NCBI RefSeq assembly: GCF_964204645.1
Contig: NC_134027.1
Span: forward strand, 1,054,001 to 1,118,000
Length of the DNA: 64,000 nucleotides
Origin: Tubulanus polymorphus
Lineage: Eukaryota > Animalia > Nemertea
Direction of reading: 5' to 3'
Positions 54,088 to 64,000 of this stretch are shown one piece after another (the first letter of the stretch is position 1; each line of letters starts with the position of its first letter). Both the position numbers and the translations under genes were made by a program. The notes beneath the pieces are model-generated. The model was given only the letters and a program-made list of their open reading frames with translations. It was not told the DNA's origin and ran no database searches.

Positions 54088-56951
54088 AACGGTTCATTTT
54101 GGCGCATTTTACAAGTCAAATAACGCATATAATCAGGGGTTATAAAAACTATCACGCGGGTCTGTCATGTAGATAGATCACTTATTGTGTTTGACCATGT
54201 ACTCATGGCCCCCAATAAATACATTAAATGACTATGTTTTTATAAATCTTTAGGATTTCTCAGTTATTCCAACCGGGTATAACATAGAGCTATATAAACA
54301 CGGTACTGCTAGTTCGACGACGGAAGATTAGTTTTGACACCGCGAGATGAGACCCGACGCTCGCTATCAGACCCAAACGAGAGAAACTCACGAAACCACT
54401 CGGTGAAACATAACGACAACCGTCGCTTTTACATGGAATAAACTACACGAAAACACGTATTTCGATAATGTTTGCATTGGAAAATTAGTTAGATTTAACA
54501 CCTTTGCGAAGCAGAAGATTCCATCGTCGCGTCCCCGAGGAGAGTCGAGGCGTTCGGGTATGGATATCAGGTGGCCGAGTCTTGTCTGACTTTACGAGTT
54601 CAGTTGTAATAGACCACGGTAAAGAACACGTAGAAAATTGTAAACCTAATGATTTGTTTTCGTGCCGAGTTCGTCTGTTTGTTCGTCCATTAATTCCAAC
54701 TAAGCAAGCGGTAATGACACCCGTGGGGTTCGAACCCACTGTTTTAGTTATTAGCGCGAACAGACACCGTCACCCCTAGCGACCCCGATAGAATTACGCA
54801 CAGAAATATCTAATTACTCGTTTTGGCACATGTTACCGCTGACACAAAAAGTAAACCTACCTTTATCTCACATCGTTAACGTTTTTTAGTCGTCGTCGAT
54901 TTTTCAGTTTCTAAGCGCATAGAGGAACGTTTTATACGTTGCTAGTTGGAAACTTAATCAGTTCTGAGCCGAGTTAGTCCCATAGTTCAGAGGACCATAC
55001 TCTGTTCAAGAACCAGTTCCCCTAGAACCCGGTTCCATTGCCCAAGACCCATTTCCACAATCTAGAGAACACTGTGCCCACTGCCCACTGATGACTCAGT
55101 TCTACAGTTCAGATTTCAGTTCCAGTAGGCCCCCACAGGAGCCACTCAATTCCATCATTTTTCTTGTTAGATGTGGAAGTTGAAACTAGAGTCAAATTCA
55201 AACTGAAAATCAACTGTGGAACTCAGACACAAGATGTTATCCACACATACTTCAGTGTGGCTTGATAGGGCAACATTTTGCGGATACTTGTCTTTCCAGA
55301 TAACACAGTGGATAGTTCATGGTTATTGACACTGAAGAATCAGTTTATTTCGAATGTTTAAACTCAACAGTCAAATCTCGCGACTTATCTACACGGATAC
55401 GAAAGTGACAAAGAATCAAATCAAACGCATTACACGCTGTTCCACAATAATATATCTATTAGTGACGACATTAGCAGCTGTCCGTCAGAAAGCGTTCGCT
55501 GATTTCCGTAATCGACGCTCGGAGAACGATGATCTCCGAGTTGATGAGGAATCTACCCGGGTGTGAATCGTCACAACGACTCAATCATCGTCAAGATAAT
55601 AATACAAACCTGTCACAAGACGAACGCCTGATGAATATATTAGCTGTACAGTGAGAGAGAAGGGTCAGACCAGCTGATATTAAACTCATCAGGGCAAGTG
55701 TGTACGTCTTTATCGCCTACTATTGTCTTATATCGAAGAACTATTGTCTAATATCGCAGATAATGGGCTATTCACACCTAGTGTGCGGTATTAGTGTTTG
55801 CGGCATCAATAAAGCTCATATCTTCGTTTAAACAGGCTCTCAGTCATCGACACTTCTGGTAATATTAATTAACTGACCAGTGTTGAGTTCGTGACTTTAG
55901 CGCGCTATCGGTGGTCATTCGATTGTCCCTTCGGTCAAATAGACACGTGTACAGATTTGATAAGTGTCATTTATCAAATTTCGTCCAGAAACAAATATCC
56001 GATGCTGTTCGGCGTTGCACGGCGTTGCTTTGACAAGGGAAATAATGCGTATTGCAGTTAGCTGTGTATATTCATAATCGTCGGTGTTTATCCAAATTAA
56101 ATCCCAGTAAGAGAGAGTAATTTTGATGTACAATTAATGAATTCTTAACCTTGTTCGACTTCATTGGATATTGGTTAGAATAGACATTTTCCTGCTGGGG
56201 AGCAAGTTAAATCGACAAAACTGTGTAACTGGGTCCACAGTCCCACTAAACCAACACAACTGCGGAACTGGGTCCAGTGTCAAATTAAACCCACACATTT
56301 CTGCGGAACTGGGTCCAGAGGCCCATTAAACCCATACGACTGCGGAACCGGACCCAGAACTGTGGAACTGAATCCAGATTCGGGTCGTGGGTTCAAGGTT
56401 AAACCAATTAAACCCACATCATTGAGGAACTGTATTAAGATTGAACTTATACGGTTGAACTAGGACATATCCTCATCTTTCATCATATATCAATAAAAAA
56501 AAAATCGTATCATTCACTGATCAAATCATAAATTTATATTTGAAAAAAAGAAACAAATTCTAATTTCTTGGAAAGGCTAATTTACATATGACGTTAAATT
56601 TTACGATGCACGTTTTAGAAATTAAACTGTCTTTTGATCGGTCGTTTAAATTGCGTGCGATAACAAACTCTTACATAAATGTACAAACTGATCTCTGCTG
56701 CTCTTCAATCTTTATCGTCCGTATAAACTGCCTAGAGACACAGAAATAGAGCTAGTTCATCTTCTTTTCGATTTGTCTGTCTCTACATATTATCATTTCA
56801 ACTGAGAGATGTTATCTGCAGCGTAAAACCCTTGATAACCACGCGCCGATGTTTTTAAATACTCGGAGCACGCCGAAAAGTCATTAGCGACGATCTGTGC
56901 GATATGTGATATAACATTTAGGTGATTAAATTTGATGTTTAATTCAACTCA

Positions 56952-57295
56952 CTTTCCTCCTCTCTCCCTTTTCCTCTTTTTCCCTCTCCCTCTCCCTTTC
57001 CCTCTCATTTCACCTCTTCTCTTTCCTCCATCTCCCTTTTCCTCTCTTACCCTCTCCCTCTCTCCCTCCCCTCTCATTTCACCTCTTCTCTTTCCTCTCT
57101 CTCCTCTCTCCTCTCTCCCTCTCCTCTACCACTCACTGTCTCTCTCCCTCCTTCCCCTCTCCTTTCACCTCTTCTCTTTCCCCTCTCTCCTCTCTCCCTC
57201 TCCTCTCCCATTCACTATCTCTCTCCCTCCTTCCCCTCTCCTTTCACCTCTCCCTGTCTCTCATTCTCCCTCCTCTCTCCCTGTCCCTGTACCTT
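56952..57295. repeat. CT-rich polypyrimidine low-complexity tract (another at ~57940-58285)
   Basis: Direct sequence. Confidence 0.85.
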
Positions 57296-60200
57296 AGTCT
57301 CTCCATGGACGTATAAACTAGATACGTCCATGGTCTCTCCTACTCCTCTCCTTAGGGTCTTATTTCTATAGAAACTCGCTGTTCAGTCGTGGGCGTCAAA
57401 ATGCGAGTCTTTTTTATATTAACCGTTTGTCGAAATCTGTGAGCGGCGAGCGGAGAGCGCAGCGATTTTTAGCCCGGAAATTGCTAACTGTTTTGTCAGG
57501 AAACGAGCCAGGAGACATATGTAAATAGGACCCCTCTTGAAGCGTAATCTGACTGTGGAGACCTTGTCAAATTGACTTCAGGCTCGTGTACATAGTCTGC
57601 AAATCCCCTTCCTCTCACAGGAAGCCGGCGATAGCCTCGTTTTGATATTAAAACGCGCCATGCCGCGGGAATGTCAATCACGATTTAAGTAGATAATGCA
57701 TTCGTCAGCGATACGATCGTTTCCGGGTTGATTTTTCGATCGTCGAATGAAATTCGAATCACGACCGTTCGCTTTTTTTGACGTATCGACTTTAAATTGA
57801 AATTTACGCCGAGCAGATCGCGTGTCCGCCACGTTAGAACCGAACTGATAACAGCAGGGAGGATGTGCATTGAATGAATATCGTCTCAGAGTCAGTCTGA
57901 GTAGCCTCCTTCTAAATCAATCTCTCAACTCTACATCTCACTACTCTCCCCTCTCTCAAACTGTTCCAAGTTCCCCTTCCGTCTCCCAACCTCCCCTCCC
58001 ACTTCCCTTCCTCATCTCTCATACTTCTTTTCTCTCCTCTCCCTTCTCAATCCTCTTCCCTTTCTGTCTCCCTCCACAGTGTCCGACTGACTCATTATCT
58101 CTCCCTCTCAGAAACTTTACAGAAGTTTACTGTATTTGCATAAGTACTATTTTCATTAGAACCACCGATAGTAGACCATCTCCTTCTCCCTCTCCCCTTT
58201 CCCTCTATATCTTCTCTCTCTATCTCACCCCTCTTGTAGTCTCTCTTTCTTTCTCTCTCTCTCTTCCTCGCTCTTCGTCCCTTTCAATCGGAAATGTTAA
58301 AACGAACACGCAAATTTGCCATTCATTTTGTCGCGTGATTTAACCGTATATACGGCCTGTAATTAGAATTGTTTTCTATTGATTGCATCAAACAACAATT
58401 TATTTGTACTTTTACCAGAAAGGTCGAGACCAGAGATTAAGAAGATAGACAACAGACTAGAACAAAAATATCCAGGATTCCGGTTCCACAGTTGTGAGTT
58501 AGAGTCAACTCTTAAGTTAAAATTAGTTCATTAGTTCATTTTCAATGAGTTAACTCTGAGTCAAATCTTAACTGACAACTGTGGAACAGGGTCCTGTACT
58601 TTATGAAATAAAATTAGGATACTGGGGTCGTTTGCATCAAGCTTATTTGGACTGATATACGAAGAATAGAAATACTAAGTTTTCAAATATTGATTCCATG
58701 GAAATAGTGCCCATGTATTTTACGATACGATCCAGTTTTTTCCACACGAGTTACCGCGTCTATACACTACAGTAGATTTCATTATTTGTCAAATTAAAAG
58801 CAACTTTTAGTGCTGTGTAAACTATGTTTTGGTCTTATCAAACACCGGTCATAAGTTTTAAAGGGATTTTAGATTTGCACTTGTCAATCAGTGTTTAAAC
58901 GATTTTATCGCATTCGCTCGAATGCACTCGTAACGATTCGTCTAATAACGATTTCTACAATTCGGCTTTCATCGTCGTCTTTTCGCACATTTCGATGAAA
59001 TCAATCCGCGCGCGACGCGGAGTCATTCGAGTAGAAATACGCCGAATTCGCAGATGTTTATGACAAACGGTTCGTACGCAGACTGTCCCGGTGCCACCCG
59101 TCGAGTGTGCCACCGAGTCCGAGATGTTTTGCGCTGAATGTTTATGAAAATGAACGTGTCAATTTCGCGCCAGTTCACTAATCTGACATGGCGTTATGAG
59201 ATTTTAGAACAAATAGAAAACGAATGTTTACTGCGCGTTGAATGAACTTTATTTAATCTAACCTGTGTTACTCTCCTCTCGCAGCTTTAGCGGAACCGAT
59301 GTGATAGCAAAATTCATTTCTTAAATAAAACACGTTTTTATTTCAGTCTAGTTTTGTCATTTGGGATGTTGCGGTGTCGCTTGCACGTTTACTGATAGGT
59401 CTGATTCACTGGAGCTGAAATTAGTTTTATTTCAATATTCTAATCCATGCAGTCAATGTTTGAAGTGAGTGAGGCTATCGTGGAACCGACGGCGTCTAAC
59501 TATGATATCCAGAGATATTATTTAGGATTTTCTGTCACAAAGTTAGGAAACAATTTGAACGACTGATTCTGGAGCATCAAATACGGCACAGGACTCAGTT
59601 CCACTATCTCAAATCTTAACTCGAAGCTGGATCCAGTCCTCTTTCTGGGTCACCTTTCAACAAATTGTAGGTCAACTCGACTATGTCCTGTGCGACAAAA
59701 AACCGCCTCGATATTTCCTAATGTCTTATTGAATACATGTTTGAATACAAGGCAGGTTTTCAGCAAAGACTTTGAGACAGTTGATAACGATGTGGCAAAC
59801 CCTCCCCCGAACGCGGCCCAGAATGCATTCACTAAAACACGAACTACCACCTGAAAGAAGACAAAAAATATCATTCGGGACAAAAGCGTCAAGTAATACG
59901 ATAGATTTTCTATAGATATTTTCGATAGGAAAATCAACAGTTTTGGCACGCACGCGTGAACGGATGAAAGGATAATTCCTGGGTAAATAGTTGAAAAACA
60001 TATGTCCTTCTTTGGTAAAAAATGAAAAGACGACATTATTTGATATATATTCACGATAATGAGACTGATGTGACCAGACCACGAATGTTTTTTAGGCCAA
60101 TGATAGTTTCAAATGTGTTTTTCACCATCGAAATAAGCTATAAAACAGTGGGGCATAGGATCTAGATCTGAGTTTGACTTGCAGTTTAATTCTTAGTTAA

Positions 60201-63200
60201 GAACGACAAAACTGGGTCCAGATTTCTGATCGTTGAAAACTATTAAGATAAAACACTCTCTGAGTCCGCGTTTTGAGAATCTCACGCTAAGAACGTAAAG
60301 AGTCCGAAATGTTTCCATGAGCTAGTGTAGTTTATTTAACGTTTTGACTATATCCTATAAAGTCATCTTCAGGAATACGATTGATATATCAAAATCATGA
60401 GATCGAGAATATTTCTTTTTCACGTTTGATACACTCCACAACAAAATCTAACGACATATAAGGAACCGAATCTGTTACTTATTTCGGCCTTTTTCTAATT
60501 AAAGTTCAAACAAACCAAAAGCGACAATAACAGTTTTTAGATATAAAACAGGTTTTTACTATGTAAATACACATGTATTAGACAGAGACATAGGTTGTAG
60601 TCAATATAACTAAAAACCTGTTGACGACTTATCCCGAAACTAAACTCATCTGCTCCCCTAATTGTGACGCCGATAATGAACCCCTTCGATCGACTGAGAG
60701 AACGTGAGAAGAAGAAAGGTTACCTCGCGAAAAAGAAACCACTCGACTCACATGCTTTTAGATGATTTTTTAATACCCGGTTCAAGCTATTTGAATTAGG
60801 TCCACATTCTTTATTGAACGCACCAGCCGCGCACCTGTGCTTCCAGAAAAACTAGTACCTTAAAATATGTATATATTATATGCATTTGTGTCGATGTTTT
60901 CGAAGACGGATGAACAAAAAAAAAACGTGATCTTTCTTTGTCGTGTGAAAGAATTTTCGCTATTGCGATCAAAAAATGATGGATCATCTCCTGACCGTAA
61001 ATACAAGGGGTATACATATGTTTATAAGTGCTTTGAATGATATCAGTGTTCCAATAACGATGATTCGATGGTTTGTTGCGCGGTTCATTTTACCGGGAAA
61101 AATTTTCTTCAAAAGAATTGAATTAAGTTTTCATGTTTTTGTATCGTGTAAGACAAACGACAAACGACAAACGACGAACAACCGACGCGGACAATAAATA
61201 AAATCTAAAAACGTTTCTGAACCGACGACGAATTCCCAGACTATCTTTTTCAAAGAAATTTAAAAATGCACGTTAAGTTTACATAAGTCATGTTTTGAAC
61301 GTCTTTTGCTACGAATTGGGATAGTTAATGAAAGAAGGAAAATGTCATTTCTCGAGTAAACACTTTTATTCATTGTATGGATTTTGAAATTACGTAAACA
61401 TCTTTTATGTGGATATCCGTCAAGGGTTGAAGTATCGGGAACCGCCGCTCGTTCTGAATCATTAGAATTTGTTACAAATCACCAATATTTTGCGTAGTAC
61501 TTTGAAGTTGGTCCGAATCCCGAAAAAATAGTTTTATATCATATATTTCCTCTTTTCCTATAAGTTCTGGTCTTTTCACAATAGATTTATTCCGTATTAA
61601 ATCGATACAGCGATGGTATTTATTCGATACAGCCAGATGGACAGCGATGGGCAGTGATGGGCACGTTTGGGCGCGCAGAACAAACACACCGCCCAATATC
61701 TGCTTAATGTTAGAATAATGAGTCTTTAACCGAGGATAAAAACTGTATTAACATTGTCTCGGTGTCAAAATCACCGGAGCCTCCCGACATCTGGCAAAAA
61801 ACAGATACTAAATTGGCAGCAATTTGGGAGGATTTTTTGAATAGACAATAATCCGTACATGGGTGGTCCCACGTGATTTCAACAGTCATTTAGCCGTTCG
61901 GACATTGTTTTGCGCGAGTTTTGATTCCGATCTCGACTGAAGCACGGGCCCGGTAGAAACGTGAGATCATCTAAAGGATTTCGGGATGAGTCTCTTAAAT
62001 TATGAGTCTGGGTACAATTAATTTGAGCCTGGCAGTTCGGGGGTGGTCCATCGCAGTGTGTTGTCGTTTTTGAAGGTTATTTTATGATTATTATCAGCTA
62101 GTTTCGCTAACGTATCCTCACTTTTGTCACGTATTGACGACGTGATGGTGCAAATAATTTCTTTGATTTTTCAGATAATAAACATCCATTGTCGGTTTCT
62201 CGATAGACAAGCGAGGAATGCATCTAAATCCATTAGCAGAAAAAAGCGACATTGAGTCTGCTATTATTTTGAAAAAACGCTGATTTTCACGGTGAATTTT
62301 GTAATAACTTTGTAATTCAGTAGCAACTTTATTTCGCAGTTGAATTTCACAAACAAAATTATAAAGGACCCGATTATAAGTGTGTTATGCATGTTGTAAT
62401 GGATTGAGACTAAAGCTTCAGCCTAGGTTTCAAACTCAAATGCCCACTGATTAAGTTCTAACCGCCACGGTTACCTTTTTGCTACCCTTGTTTCAAACTG
62501 CTCTTGCATATTAAATCAGTTTTGAAAATGGCTCTTAAAATATTGAGTCTAAACGTCACTTCTCTTTTGGTTTTGAAAATGGTTAATAAAATTGAGTCAA
62601 AATGTCAGATCTTAGATTTTCCTAAAAATTGTTGGCTTTTCTACACAATAAGCATTGCTGATATTGATATAGATTTGTCGGTACATAAAAAAAGCATCTC
62701 TACACTTTCGCTTCTTTTGTGATGAAATCGATTTGGAACTAAATTTGGCTCCGTTTCACTTGTACGTTCATACCGGTTCGAAAGTATTCTCGAAAAGGGA
62801 AATCTTGTAACGTCGATTCTTTAAGCGTCTGATCATGTTATCGCTTGTAGCGGTTTTAATGTCGCGAGTCCGTTCGGGATAAAGTAGTTTAGAAGATCAG
62901 CCGTGGTTCGCCTGATGGTCATATTTTGAAGAGTGATTTTTTACCGTAGATATAGTAGAAAGTCAAATGCCGGAAAAAAAATCCACAAACGAGAATATAT
63001 TTATTGACTTTTTTCTCGCATTCGGTTTTCTACATTGAGATAAAAACGTCACGAACAGTGAGCAGTGGTTTTACCTCTAAATCCTGTCATCAGCTGTCAC
63101 ACTGATAGAAAATAAACTAGATATTCATCAACTTGTGGTATCGTACTTTGTCCACAAACTCAGAGGAAAGCACGAAGACCCAGTTCAGGACTTTACCGAC

Positions 63201-64000
63201 AACACTGTTGATCTTGCTTCAGTCCTAAGATAAGTTTTTCGACGTTAATTCAATTCTATTCGACTTCTATGACGCTGATATTTTGTATCGATGGTTTACT
63301 CGGGTCAAGGTCGTCGCCTTCACACATCCGGGACTCTATAATGGTCGGTCGTTTCGCGATCGATTTCGACGAAAAGAATTTCTACATGAAAATGAAATGA
63401 ATGAAAAAATGTTGCGTCGCTTTTGATTTTGCGAGAACGTGTATCTATCATTTAGCCGCCGAAACGGCTGGGCGGAAGTCAGGACGCGGCGGAACCGTCT
63501 TCCGAACGGGATCAAATCATCCATAACCGCTACTTAAACATTGTCCGCTCCGGAACAGACATTACCGGTCTGTTTTCAGCGACCAATAGACGGGCAACCA
63601 AGCCTGCCGAGCCGCGATTGAAGCGGGCCACCGTGGGGCATGACTTTGAAAAGATTTCCTTCATTTGCTGGCTGTAGTTTTACAACTGTCGCCCTAAATG
63701 AATGCGCTAATTGGAAAATATACGGCTACGGATCACTGCTTGATCGTGTATCTAAATACGGCTTGTCTTCGCTTGTGTAATGCGCCACCAAACAAATCTA
63801 CTGTGTTTATAAGTTGAATGAAAACATCGAAATCGCATTAGATCGTTTGAATGGACCGAACACCGTGTGCGTGCCTGCGTGTGCGCGCGCAAATGCATCA
63901 AAATTCAAATCGCAGGAAACGGTCGCAGGCTCGCAAAGAACAGGAAGCCTTTAACGACGCTGAGTCCCTGGCGTCAGGTCTACGCGTATTTGATAAAATG

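Noticed and set aside
54713-54790. Second tRNA on the minus strand
   Set aside because: Only a T arm (GTGGG-TTCGAAC-CCCAC) is present; the other stems do not form. At most a SINE or pseudo-tRNA fragment.
56932-58343. Pro/Ser/Leu-rich ORFs
   Set aside because: Translations of polypyrimidine low-complexity DNA.

Overview
Eukaryotic (invertebrate-animal-like), AT-rich genomic DNA with GT-AG introns; no prokaryotic features. Exon models were assembled by hand. (1) An orphan minus-strand gene (~7.9-12.9 kb) encoding a ~146-aa putative tail-anchored protein, with a clean TATA/Inr/CRE/CCAAT promoter. (2) CTDP1/FCP1, the RNA Pol II CTD phosphatase (+, 6 exons, ~977 aa), with a 10x 11-aa repeat insert. 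(3) A broken core-2/I-branching beta-1,6-GlcNAc transferase (GCNT-like) pseudogene. (4) ATP2C1/SPCA, the secretory-pathway Ca2+/Mn2+ ATPase (-, 24 exons, ~918 aa), with candidate alternative N- and C-terminal exons. (5) An intact tRNA-Pro(TGG). The rest is minisatellites, many palindromic MITE-like elements and a ~17-kb stretch with no recognisable protein-coding gene. The best leads are palindromic insertions in ATP2C1 introns carrying back-to-back hammerhead ribozyme cores (Penelope-like; one copy has a 13-bp TSD), a 10-copy array of 62-bp hairpin units, and a ~400-bp fold-back with a perfect core.
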